DNA of 64,000 nucleotides from Azolla caroliniana (Eukaryota > Plantae > Polypodiophyta), in contig JBHGNT010000008.1 in assembly GCA_043228905.1 (NCBI GenBank), positions 6,386,001 to 6,450,000 of the forward strand, in the 5' to 3' direction. How positions within the stretch are numbered: position 1 is the first letter of the stretch; every line of letters starts with the position of its first letter. Position numbers and translations under genes: made by a program. This document shows, piece after piece, positions 1-12,422 of this stretch. The notes under the pieces were generated by a model. That model did not search any database, was not told where the DNA came from, and saw only the letters and a list, made by a program, of their open reading frames with translations.

Positions 1-714
1 GATAGCTGCAGATCAGTGGCTCAATAATTATGGAAAAGATAGTCAAACGACTCCTCAACTCTCTTCTGTGCCTTCAATGGAAAAGATCGATTTCTGTACT
101 CAGCACATCTTATAAATTATGTTTCTGCCAAGTAAAATAGATTAGCCCCCTTCATGTTGAGAAACATAGAAGCAGCTATGGATATAGTACTGTAGTTCAA
201 TGCCTGTTTAAACAGCAGGACTCAAAAAATAATCTTCTTCTTCTTCATCTTCAGCAGCAGAGCAATAATGGAAAGCTTGATCTATTTATCATTGCAGATA
301 TTAGAAACCATGCTTCAGCCAAGTACATTAAATTATCACCTTGTTCACAGTCAGAAGCTCAGAATCAGGCAGTTATCGACAACTTCTGCAGATCAACACC
401 TGTTCGAAAGAGGAAAGCTTGATCTAATACAGACTGCAGATGTTAACAGATCACAATGCAAAGCCTGTTCATAGTCAGATCAAGCCCAGAACCTATGGGG
501 AACTGCAGATCAATAAGGAAATTAAGGCCTATATTGACTCCTTTGAGGGAACTGCAGCTTCAATGGAAAGCTTGAAGTTTTACTCACTGAATATATTACA
601 GATAATGTTCTGCAAAAGAACAAAAATTCTGGATCAACAAATCAGGAAGCACAAGAAGCAACTATGGAGTACTCATAGAAACATATAAATGCAGTGTGGG
701 AGAAGAAAAATGAC

Positions 715-2511
715 TTACAGACAAGCGAAGGATGGCATACCTGTGTTGCTGTTGTTGTTGCATGATTGCTTGTTATTATCTCCTCCATGTTTCAGCTTTG
801 CGAGCTCCACCTGTGTCTGCATGAATAGCTGTAGTCTCTGAAGCTCTAACTCTTTCGTAAACTCCATTCTCTGCTTCTCCATCTCCATCATCTGCTGATG
901 CTTGGCAATCTCTATCCTCTCATAGACCTCACCGAATTTGGCTATGGCTTTAGCGAGAATCTTGATAGGATTACTACTATTCCGAGGAGACACGGATGTT
1001 GTGGTGGTGGTGGAATAGAATCGTTTACGTTTGAGACGATGTGCTGCAGATACTGTGTTGTTGTCTGCATCTGCGTCATGGCAGCTTATGTCTTCCGCCA
1101 TGACCATATCTGGACTGTGTTCTTTGGACCTCGACAAGGTATCAGTGTCTACGGCGCCATGATTAGGGTTCGTGTTAAGGTTATCGTTAAAGTTCAGATT
1201 AGGGTTAGGGTTAGGGTTAACATTAGGGTTCAGATTAGGGTTAGCAGGTTGAGCTAGCGATGGATGAAGCTTCTGCGTACTATGATAAAACTCATGCTTA
1301 GGCTGAATTAGATGGATCTGCATATGCTTCTGTTCCGCCATTAAAGCTTCATGGTCAGATTCGAGAGGACGCTGCAAAGAAGGCATTGGGGTGCCTGTAG
1401 CAGAAGAAGGAAGAGCAGAAGAAGATGGCATAATCTGGCGCAGAGCAGAAGAAGGAGAAGGATTAGGCTGTGCACTCTGGTTCTGAAGCTTCGATGATGG
1501 AGAAAGCTTTTTTAGCAATGGCTTCTTTGTCGAGGTTCCTATTAATTCATCGAGCTGCTCAAAGAATGTCCATTTACTGGGCCCTCCTCCTGTCAGGATC
1601 TTACTCTTCTCGAGCTTATACTTCTTCTTCAATGTATCAAGCCGATTCTTACACTGAACATCAGTCTTTGGAGCTTTAATGGCGCCATTGAAGCTGCAGC
1701 GGGTGTTCACACAGTCTGCAACCTCCTTCCAGTGCTTCTGTTTCAGGTTACCCCGATTCAGCTCCACATATCTATCGCCCCATGCCTTGATGAGAGTAAG
1801 AGTAGCCCCTTCACTCCAGCAATCATCACGAGAGTGACGGTCAGGGATAGCTGAAATTACTGCAGAATTCTGCACGTTTAATGGAGTTGCATCGATAGGA
1901 AGAGCTAGTATTGTTTTGACAGTAGCAGGAGGAGGAGGGGGAGGGGGAGGGGGAGGAGATGATGAAGAAGAGAGATGGAGGGAGAGAAGACGTTGCTGCT
2001 GGTTAGGGTGAAACTGAAGAAGAGGGATAGCAGTGGCTATGGGGGCAGAATTACTAGCAGACGAATTAACAGGTATAATTGCAGTGGACGAATTAGGCAT
2101 CATATTACTAACTGCAGCAGAATTAGCTGAAGAAATTCCTACAGGTATACTTGTGGCTATGGCGGAATTAGCTGAACTAGAACTTACAGGGACAGCAGTG
2201 GCTGTACTACTTACAGCAGAAGCTACAGGAGGAGTGATGGAGGAGGAGGTAGGAGGTATGGAAGCCACAGGAAGATGATTCGTGAGTGCAGTAGAATTAG
2301 GGTTTTCGCTGTTGTTATCACTGCTACTGTCACTGCTCGTGGAAGAGTCTGCAGAATTTTCATGGTGGTCGTGTTTCTGCTGCTGTTGATGATGGTGGTG
2401 GTGAAGAAGAAGACGGCCTGTATGGCCATGGCTATGGCCATGGTGGTGGTGGTGGTGGTGGTCATCTTCGATGTTATTATTCGATAAGGGTGGATGAGGA
2501 GAAGCTGCCAT
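715..2511 (-). CDS. Trihelix (GT-factor, SIP1/ASIL-like) transcription factor
   Basis: 598-aa ORF with the Myb/SANT-like trihelix motif ([19 protein letters not shown]...W.EVA..V...[18 protein letters not shown]...W.FF..LD.L) and the SIP1-clade C-terminal coiled coil ([17 protein letters not shown]...[11 protein letters not shown]). His/Ser/Pro low-complexity N-terminus. The last few codons may be intronic. Confidence 0.92.
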   Translation of the reverse strand: MAASPHPPLSNNNIEDDHHHHHHHGHSHGHTGRLLLHHHHHQQQQKHDHHENSADSSTSSDSSSDNNSENPNSTALTNHLPVASIPPTSSSITPPVASAVSSTATAVPVSSSSANSAIATSIPVGISSANSAAVSNMMPNSSTAIIPVNSSASNSAPIATAIPLLQFHPNQQQRLLSLHLSSSSSPPPPPPPPPPATVKTILALPIDATPLNVQNSAVISAIPDRHSRDDCWSEGATLTLIKAWGDRYVELNRGNLKQKHWKEVADCVNTRCSFNGAIKAPKTDVQCKNRLDTLKKKYKLEKSKILTGGGPSKWTFFEQLDELIGTSTKKPLLKKLSPSSKLQNQSAQPNPSPSSALRQIMPSSSALPSSATGTPMPSLQRPLESDHEALMAEQKHMQIHLIQPKHEFYHSTQKLHPSLAQPANPNLNPNVNPNPNPNLNFNDNLNTNPNHGAVDTDTLSRSKEHSPDMVMAEDISCHDADADNNTVSAAHRLKRKRFYSTTTTTSVSPRNSSNPIKILAKAIAKFGEVYERIEIAKHQQMMEMEKQRMEFTKELELQRLQLFMQTQVELAKLKHGGDNNKQSCNNNSNTGMPSFACL

Positions 2512-2759
2512 GGAAGCTTCGATTTTGGCCGGATCTGATCAGATCAAGAAGAAAAAGGAAGGGATTTTGACTGCAGAATCCTGGATCTCTACAATGAAAA
2601 GCTTCGAATTTTCCTGGAAAGCAGAAGAAGAAAGAGGGAAATTCTGCGAGAAACCTTCAACACAGATATGGAAGCTCGGAGGGATTTAGCAGGAGGAGGA
2701 AATTGGGGGGGGGGGGGGATTTTGAGAGAGCAAAACCTTCTTTTATGATGGTGATCTCT

Positions 2760-3077
2760 CTGTTGCTTCTTCTGTTCCTCCTCTTTCTTCTTCTTCTTCT
2801 TCGTCTTCTTCAGTTTCTGACAGAAGCTTTCTTCGATGAAGGAAGGATCTATACGTTCTTCTTCTTCCACTTCATTTCAGAGAAACTTTCTATGCGAGAA
2901 ATCTCTCTTCTCTTCTTCAATCTTCTCTGTTTCTTCTTCTTCTTCTTCTATTTCTTCTTCTTCGATCTTCTCTGTTTCTTCTTCTTCTTCTTCAATCTCC
3001 TCTGTTTCTGCTGTTTCTGCGTCAATTTTTTCTCTGTTTCTCCACCGTCTTCCTTCAGCTTTCTGTGATTTCTTCTG

Positions 3078-3120
<43 letters not shown>

Positions 3121-3230
3121 GCGTCCAATTTCCTCTGTTTTCTTTCTTCTGCTCCAAATTCCTCTCTGTTTCTCCTTCTTCTTCTGCCTCTCTCTGTTTC
3201 TTCTTCCCCCTCCCTTCTGGTTTTCTGATG
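2760..3230. repeat. CT/CTT microsatellite-rich tract upstream of the trihelix ATG (GA-rich on the coding strand; probable 5' leader)
   Basis: (CTT)n, (CT)n and repeated TCTCTGTTTC units. Confidence 0.7.
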
Positions 3231-6200
3231 CCCCCGAGCTTTAGCCGGCCGGCGGCTTCTTTACGTCGCCGTTACTACTAACGGCCGCTTAACGGCAGGC
3301 AGGCGTGCCACTCACTTCTACTGTCTGTGTGTGTGTGTGTGTGTTCACTCACTCACACACTTGCTTTCTTTGTCAAAACTTTTGGTAGGTGTCTCGAGAG
3401 GGCTCGACTGGTTCACATGAGTTCACACATGAGCTCATAGACTACATATGGATGATGATGGATCAATCCATCAATATGTTATGTATGTATATATATACAT
3501 ATTTATTTATTTATTTATTTATATGTAATGCAAGCCTCGATTGATCACACACGGTTCGGCTTGTCTGAGGTCCACGACATGGATGGCCCCCATATGTAGA
3601 CATGCAAGAAGACCCTGGGGACGCATGAACCCGATGGTAGCACGCAATCCGGTCGATACTTCGACCCCCCCCCCCCCCCCCCCCCCAAGTGTGTCCCTCC
3701 ATAACTCGACGAGCACACCGATATATATGCCTTATGGGAGGGGGCAGAGAGGCTCGCTTGTTTACTTACCTGAGTAACACCACACACAAAAAAGCACAAC
3801 AATATGCATTAGTAGGCTCATTTGGCATGATGGGGAAGGCAAGTAGGAATCATGTAACTAACTGCATTATTTTGCTGCTTCGTGAGCGTTCTAGCAATGC
3901 ACTCTCGTTTTTTCAGGGCCTTCTGCAAACAAAGACGGTTTAGCTATAGGAAAAGTGTGCGCGAAGAGCCTAAGAGAGTTTTGGTAGACAACGACAACAA
4001 TAGGAGGGGGGGGAATAGAAACAAACATATGCATTACTTTCTTTGTAAAAGCAATGGATGGATATAAGTGGTGGGGTTAGCTAGGAGTGTTTGTTGAGGA
4101 TAAGGCATGAGGATAGCCGATGCAGGAAAATTAATAATAATAAGATTAAAAATTTTAGTTCTTGGATTTTTCTTCTCTTTCTCTTCCCTTCTCTCGTTTC
4201 TCCGGATCCCTCACTCACTACGTGTCAACTCTTGGCATGAAATGTTTCTATGTGGTTTCACATTCCTAGCTTGGCTAGCAGAGTCGCATCCCACTATTAT
4301 TGTGAACGTGTCGTGTTTGAACCACTTTTCAGGCTCAATCAACCAACCAACCACCTCTCCCTTCCACTAGTTTGCTCATTCGGTTTCACCACTCGGTCAT
4401 CGGGTATCCATGTTTATGCACTGAGCTCTTAGAATAGTGTGTGAATATTTGACTACATCTAGCACTTCGCCCACAGAAGCTTGAGCCATGGCCCTGCTTT
4501 TTCTCGCAACCAACCGGCACAATGATAGGCCATGTTCACGTGTCGAGCAAGGTAAGGTTTTTATGGATGTTAAGGTTGGAATGTAGGACGGAGTGCAATA
4601 ACGTGTAATCATGAAGGTACATAAAGGCTTTTCTACCATTTGCTCACAAATCAAGATGCATGTAAAAGGCATGGAATAGGCACCGTATCGAAATACAACT
4701 AATTTGTGGAGGAGGCGTACCTTTTGAGTTTCATCAAACCAACAAACTCATTCCTACTACTTACATAAGAATAAGACAATGCATTATAAACCATCCTCGT
4801 TCCTAATTGTCTATGTTACCTCTTGATGATTGCTTGGTCAACTTAGCCGAATCGTTGAGTGTTTGCACACAAAAGGGGATCGTAAAAGGAAAATGTATTC
4901 CTACACGCTCTGCCTAAGAATCTCTCTCCCACGCGTGTGCAATATAGCACTTCAAAGTTAGTTGTTTGTTTCTTGTTTACAACACTATATACTTTCGTTG
5001 CATATTGACTAAATACTATTCAACCTTTGTGAACTTGCCTCAAGAATGGGTTATCTTCAACCCAATAATACATTTAAGCAAATTATATGCGCACAATTAT
5101 TGTGTAATGTTTTAGACTTGATTGGGAAATGAATCAATTATCAAATGACTGAGTAGATTACAAAACAAATATAATTAAGAGTGATTAAATCACATTGTTC
5201 TCACATAAACAATTAGGATTGATCAAATTAAACCCAATATTAATCAATAACCTCTAAAGTTTTGCGGCGGTGGATGTTTGAATAGAGTTTTTGGTCTTGC
5301 GCATGGTTAAGGGTGTCTTTCTTTGCTATAAATGTTGGTGTCAAGTGTAGCATATTACAAGGTGGCTTGGTTTGTTATGGTAAATAGGCTAGATATTAAA
5401 GACTTGCAATGAGATAAGAGGGCACGGTTTCAACAATTCAAGCAAGGATGTTGCCAACAAAAATGGTTTACAATATACATGCTTTGTGGTTGTTAGCATA
5501 AAGTTAACCAACGAAAGGTACACGAATTTTCACGTGCTATTAATTGTAACAATTTCGAAATCGGAAGAGATAGTACTTTGTTGTGAAAGTTATGTCTTGA
5601 ATAGAAGGATGGTGAATCAAGATCATTGTAGAGGAGAGATGTTATTTTATCATGTTGTGCAACAAATCAAGTGGCCCAAGAGAGAGGAGAGCCATTCTTG
5701 CCAAATATTTCTACCTCACAATAACTAGATTTTACATTCCACACATCAAGCATTCTAAAAAAAGGTTGACCATATATTGGACTTTAATCTTGCCTCATGT
5801 CCTAAACGATTGTCAATGTTCCCTTGATTTGCAAGTTTATCATTTGTGGCAATTCATTGGGGAAACTTTGGTACGCTAAGCGTGGTTCCTCAATATGCAT
5901 ATGATGATCAGAAACAAATCAGAATTTTAAGGTTTATTAGATGAGTGCAAGTACTTGACATTCACGAAATCAACTTAGTACATTCCCCTAAAACAAACAT
6001 TGCCAACATCAAAGCCAATTTTAGCGGAGGTTACTTATAGACAAAAGAAAATGAACTCGACAAGGGATGTAGTAACAAGGAAGAACATATCCCTATGTTT
6101 TCAAACCAATCCTTAAAGCCCATGTTTTCTTGTGCTTTCCTTTACATGATAAACCATCATAAAGTTTTTCATCCTTGGTTTTTACCAAAGAGTTGCATAC

Positions 6201-7700
6201 ACTCGAGATAACAAAGCACCATGCCTTAAAAGCTTAGCTTGACACGATAAGAAAAAGGCAACTTTCATGCCTTTTGGTACATTTTTTGAGATTTTTTACA
6301 AGGCACAATTTTCTTACTGTATCTTTTCATGCACAAGCCTGAGGAAGGAAACCAACTTATGTTGATTAAACTTCTTCCCAAGTTTCATGATGTTGCCGTA
6401 TTTTCTCACATAAAATGTATGTTCTTGGGTTTTCCATTCACCTTGCAAATTGCTAAGTGAATCATGAACGTGTATAGCTAAAACTACAATTGTGTGTGGC
6501 ATCATTGCACACTCCATACATCACTGTATAACCATGTCACAAATGGGAATACCAAAGAGAGACAATTAAAAGTTTATTAGCATTGCTTGACCAAGAAATC
6601 ATCTCATTTTGATAAACCAAGTTTGAGAACTTATGCCAAAGCTTAAATTTAGACAACAAATTTGTCTATATGAGAATGCAATTTCCTAATGTTCATCTTT
6701 TTTGCACCCATGATAAAATAACATAGTTGAATAGTGTGGTTCACTTGCATCTATCAACTAGAACGATGCCATCAACCATTTATTAAGCTTTAGAAATGTA
6801 GTGCAAGCGGATCACAAGTTGCTTCGAGCATTGTCTCTTATTTGATTCCATTTCTATAAACTACCTAACTCATTTGTATAGAATTGTGACATTTAAATTA
6901 TTTTCTTGGTAAGAACCAAGCGACATTTCACATCCTTGTTAAAAATTGAAATTCCAAAACATTTACATGCCAATAATGTCCAATAATTAACATCATGCAA
7001 CTTGTCTTTGTGCATGCATTTCATAGACGTAATACACATGCAAGCCAGTTCTAAACTCTACAAAGATCGATAAGCTATTGCCATCTCCTTTAGAATGTGC
7101 CATTTATTTATTGATCTTAAATTTTACAATCTATCTCTTAAGATTATGTTGTTGAGTTGCAATTCTTTTCAACTATCTTACGCACCTTGAAAATGGTTAT
7201 TTGAGCATGAGTCATGACTATCAATATGCTTGTTTATATACTCATAAACCTATTAATGCATGTGCTAGAGAAACTACGAATGGGCCATATTTTCATTGGT
7301 CAGGCTAGGTGTTAATATTCTCAATCATGTACTTATTAGGAGAACAAAAGTTAATTTGTTCGTTACATTTCTAGTGAAAACTTGGGTTTATGCAAATTAG
7401 GAAAATGAAAAACACTTGTGATGATTTATGAATCTTAGGATACTTCTATTGATGCTATTAGGGCAAATAAGTTAATGGATTATCCTTAGTATACTTAAGC
7501 TAATGTAACCTCTAACGTGAGTCTGTAATGTAACCTCTTATTTATCCTAGTTTATGCCATTAGGAGGCTTGACTTTGAGCGATCGTGTTTCCCATAGGTT
7601 TTAGAAACAAAGCAAGCAGGATTTTGGAAGTTCTCTTACCTACAAGCATGAGTAGGTAGTTTTCCATACTAAGACTTAAACACACATTTGTTGTCAAATC

Positions 7701-7756
<56 letters not shown>

Positions 7757-10129
7757 ATACAAGATTTATAAAGGAATGTGCCGGCTTGCCATAGATGTGG
7801 TCCAATCTTTGTTAGTGCCATCCATAAGATTGGTCATAAACTTAGAGCTTTAAGGATGTCTTAAAAGTGATTGTTGAAGTTAAGTTCTCTCACAAAGTCA
7901 AGCTGAAGTCTACAAAAACTTATATATTGTTATACTCAATTTGAGTTTTTGATTCTTTTTCGCAATTTGCATACTATGAGCATGTGTGCCCACAAACTTG
8001 CATTTTTGAAGAGCTATATAGGGCATTCAATATCTTAGTAATTAGCCCAATCTAGAATCATTGACCATTAAATAAACTACTAAAGGCATTTGCACCCTGT
8101 TCAAGTGCGACATATGTTTGTCCATTTAATTAACGGAATTGTATTAACTTTTTAGACTTTATGTGATATAAAGGTCACTAAATTTCGGTGACATGCTATT
8201 TACTATGATGAACGATAAGGCTTCCACTCGTTTCAGAATACAATAAATTGAAACTTGAGATGAGTAAACTAATGAAAACTTGCAATGCAAATAGCATGCA
8301 ATAGCTTAGTTGCATTGATAATGTTAACTGCAACGAAGTCAAAAACACAACAAATGATCACAAAAGCAAAAAGTATTTGTCACCATCAACATGATTATGA
8401 GGGAAAGCATTCTTGCATGCATTTTTAGAGAACTTAGAAGAAGTATAGAATATGTTACATTAAGCGAGGAACACAAACACCAATTATCGGTATCATAAAA
8501 ACTTTTACTAAGTAAAGATTTTATGTGGCCTACTCTACGGAAACAACATAAACAATATTTACTCCGCCTCAACTTGACAAGGTGGGAAGAAAAATCTTAG
8601 ACCAAACTTCACAGAGGGGCAAAATCAAAGGAAATGATGGAATCGTGGCAGTTCTCGAAAAATAGGCCAAGACAACCATTCTTTCAATGTCTCCCAGAAA
8701 ACAAGGATTAAAATGTTGTCCATTACAAAAAAGGCGACCTCCACGAAAGCTCATATTTTTTTATAATTTTATTGTTTATTGGTCAATTGATTGAACAAGG
8801 AACGTGTGTAATACAAGGATTATTCCAAAGTCTACTACACAAGATGAACTATTTGGAATTTTTCTTTTACACACGATGACAAGACTTTAGAGAAATCCAG
8901 TAAAGCATGAATAGATAAGCACGAGGAGCGTGGTTATGCCCCACTTCTACTACTACTACTTCTTTTTGCGTGTTCGAGATAGAGGAATATGGTTGAGCAT
9001 TTAACAAAGGGCGACAACATACATGTAAAATATATTGGCGAATGACAATGTACCATAATTGGCTGAAGGATAGGATTTCTCATAGACAAAAAACTTTTAA
9101 TGTGATGGTGACAAGCTTGTAAAAAAGGAACCGAAGAAAATACGATCAAAAAAGTAGAACTAAACTAGATAGGATAAGAAATTTGTTAAAGTTCATGTAA
9201 AACACCAAGAGTTTCTAGATAGAAATATATTAAAACTATCTAAGAATTCAATCGCAAAACCTTTTTTTCCCCTTGAGTGGAACTTTGATAATCGATGGCA
9301 TCATATTACCAAATCCAACGTTGCTTGAAATATAGTATATTAATTATCATGAAGTAGGAGAGATTTTAGAATATCATATCTATTTTACAAGTCCGTTTCT
9401 ATTTTATGCTGACATAACTCATACTCAACATACGTGTATTGCTGGTTAGGTTCACATAGTTTATTCACATAATCTTGATGAGGGTACGGGAATTTCAAGT
9501 GAAAATCGTGTGTGGGTCTATTTGTTTCGAGCTATATATACGTAACACAACATATCAATGATGTTATGACATGACCATTTTAGCAAAGGAGAAGGTTTGA
9601 GGCGAGGTTCACAACATTAGAATGACGACTTCGATAACATAATTAGAGTTTCTCAGTGGCATTGAACCATTGGCTTGTGTGGAAAGGTAGTTATTTAGAC
9701 CAATTATTGTTTGCTCCAACAAACATATGATCAAAAACACCTTACACGACCAAATAATCAAATATACATTGATAAGCAATGAAATATAAAATTTGAGACA
9801 ACCATAAAATAGTTGGGTTGCAATCAATGTTGTTACTATAAAATCAAATTATATTCCTTCAAGCAAACAATATCATGATAGACACTCTTTTGTTTGAAAT
9901 GTTAACGAATTTTGTAATGCTTATTTTAGGCAATAACATACATACTAAAGCTTGGTCATGTATTTGACCAACATTTGGTTGATGTTACAATGCCTCTAAC
10001 CTATGATCCTATTGTTTTCTAAGCACAATATTATTATATTAGCTAAGTTAATGTGGACTCTTGCTAAACACACAAAATATGCTTGGTTTGCAAGTAAATT
10101 AAGAGTGTAGCCATTGATATATGTAGCTT

Positions 10130-10560
10130 TATGTTGAGCCGTGCATGTCGGTGGCAAACATCTTGGTCCTTGCCTCTTTCGACATCTTATATGATGCTAA
10201 GCATGTGATCTTGCATACATGATGCTAGACATACATCATATGGTTGGCCTCTTGCTTCCAACTTGCATGCTTGTTGTGCACTTAATCATGTATATTCTTT
10301 CCATATTTACCAAGGTAGTCCAAATATTCTTGTCTAACAATGGACCAAGCCATTTTATACTTCCACGAAGTAGGATTGTTTCTATCTAGCTTCTCACTTG
10401 GGAGAAAGCTTCCCATTGCATATTCATGCCAATGACATTGCTTCTTCTTCTTTTGATTGTCGACTTCCTTCAAACCTTCCTTCTTCATGACATGCAAGAT
10501 ACAATGGAGCTCTTCCACATATGAACCATGTGAACATTCTATGATAGCAGAGGTCAACCA
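10130..10560 (-). pseudogene. Degenerate copia gag N-terminal remnant
   Basis: ORF 10282-10557 contains GSFLPSEKLDRNNPTSWKYKM, similar to GSGLPTEKLDGTYFASWEYKM of the copia at 22.7 kb. Confidence 0.6.
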
Positions 10561-11154
10561 AATCGATAGGCATAAGCTAGGTTCTAACTAATGACTTCAA
10601 TGACACATCAAAAAGGGGAGGGGGAGGATAAAAAAAAAAGTTTCTATGTGTGGGGGGATAATAAGAGCGTAGTGGCTCACAAAATCTTGGGATGGGGCTT
10701 GGAATCTGAGTTATAAGTTAATATTGAAAATGAAATCACAATTTTGTTTCATTCGAGTATAATATGTAATGTAAAATTCAAAACTTAATACTTAATAAAA
10801 AAAAAAATAAAAAAAAATCTCAAAGTTTGCAATGACGAAACCGAACTTAGCAACAAAAATCTTTACAGACCATCTTTTCATTCCTCGATTGCCACATGCA
10901 AATAGAGGCTCGGTGCTTGTCTACACATGTGCGACATGATATAATTTGTTGGACATTATGTGAAGTGCGCGGGGTGGTAGATGGAGGCATCATGAATGAT
11001 GAATGTTGTCTTGGTGGCGTACGATGTCGTGATGTGGCCGTGCCAAAGGTGGGAATGTGGTATAGAATGAGGAAAATGAAAGGTGGAAGAGTTTGAAGAG
11101 GGAGGAGAGAGGAAAGGTATAAAAAACGTGAGAAAAGGCAAGGGGACAAAAAAG

Positions 11155-11327
11155 TGTTGGGAAAACAGGTCCCTTCGGATGGGAGAAGAGAACGAACCGA
11201 ATCGAAGACACATGGGTAATTCGGCCGAGGCCGAAATCGAGAATCAATTTAATAACCAATTCGGGAGACTATATTTGTAAATAGTCTAGATGTGCCAATT
11301 GAGGCTATCTTTGTAAATAGTCTGCTA

Positions 11328-11376
<49 letters not shown>

Positions 11377-11757
11377 GTATATATACACTTAGAGCAAGTA
11401 GTTAAAAGTGAGTAGTGTAGGTGAATCATTGTTGCGTAGTTACACAGAAGGTAGTTGTAACTACGAGTGAGTGAGAAAGTGAGAGTTAGCTAGTAACTCT
11501 ACGACCATCAATTTGACGAAGGAGAGCTTAAGGTTTTTGCCTTCAAGCTTCTCATTGTACTCCTCATTATAGTGATCTAGTTCGGAGTTTGAGGACTCCC
11601 GTGGTTTTTTTCCTTTCAGATTTTCCACGTAAATATCTATGTCTCGTTTCTGAGTTTCTTAAGTTTTTTGTTCTTTCTTGTCAATCCATTACCTTGCTCG
11701 TTTTCTTTGCACCCGAACAAGTAAATAAGAGGAGTGAAGCCGATTATGATCCTAACA
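11155..11757 (+). mobile_element. Copia element A, 5' LTR
   Basis: TG...CA termini. Followed by a degenerate tRNA-iMet PBS TGATATCAGAGC (11760-11771) and gag ATG at 11773 (MEDSFGSIFKLTDSNYSVWKSKMRDML). Homologous to 43540-44440. Confidence 0.85.
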
Positions 11758-11992
11758 AGTGATATCAGAGCGATGGAAGATTCGTTTGGCAGCATTTTCA
11801 AGCTAACCGACTCCAACTACTCAGTGTGGAAGTCGAAGATGAGAGACATGCTTGTGTCATAACTAGACTCGAACCCATAACCTTTTGTTACACGGGTCGA
11901 GACTTTACCATTAGGTTATGAATTGTAATTTGAAGGATATTATTTTCATTTAGGTTTTATTAGGAAATTGATGTATATTCCAGATTTCTCTG

Positions 11993-12037
11993 GAACATTC
12001 TAGAAACTTCAGGAGTATTCCTGAAGACACTATAAAA
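11993..12037 (+). promoter_or_regulatory. Heat-shock element array plus TATA box in chromovirus U3
   Basis: GAAcaTTCtaGAAacTTCagGAGtaTTCctGAA (11993-12025), i.e. 7 alternating nGAAn units with one mismatch, then TATAAAA at 12031. Confidence 0.75.
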
Positions 12038-12144
12038 GGAGGCGCAAGGCATTAGTTCGAACCAAATCGGTTCAACGCCAGTCTTAAGCCTTCTAACCAC
12101 TGTTGTATATCTTCCTTCATATAATACATATATCTTTCGCATCA

Positions 12145-12188
<44 letters not shown>

Positions 12189-12422
12189 ACTCATTCCTTC
12201 TCTCAAAGTTCAACACCTCTCATAGTACTAATCCTTCTCTGTCGTAGTACTATTCCCCGACAATAGTACTAATCCTTCTTTTAGTACTAATTCCTTCTCT
12301 GCCTTAATAGAGTTCCTGACAGTTTGAACCGATTTGTCGGTGCCTGTCTGGTCTTTTCTCTCCCTCTTCCTTCTGTCTCCCTCCTTTCCTATTAGTCTCT
12401 TATTCCCCTTTTCCTTCATCCC

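Noticed and set aside
2589-3228. Several ORFs rich in E/K/R/S/F upstream of the trihelix gene
   Set aside because: Translations of CT/CTT microsatellites with no domain content.
3665-3686. Long poly-C run (G-tract on the minus strand) upstream of the gene
   Set aside because: Simple homopolymer with no supporting evidence of function.
4400-10100. Possible decayed DNA-transposon sequence in the AT-rich intergenic region
   Set aside because: No convincing transposase motif, TIR or TSD could be read by eye.
11855-11925. Bona fide tRNA gene at the LTR tip
   Set aside because: Acceptor and T stems do not pair properly. Kept only as an A/B-box module.
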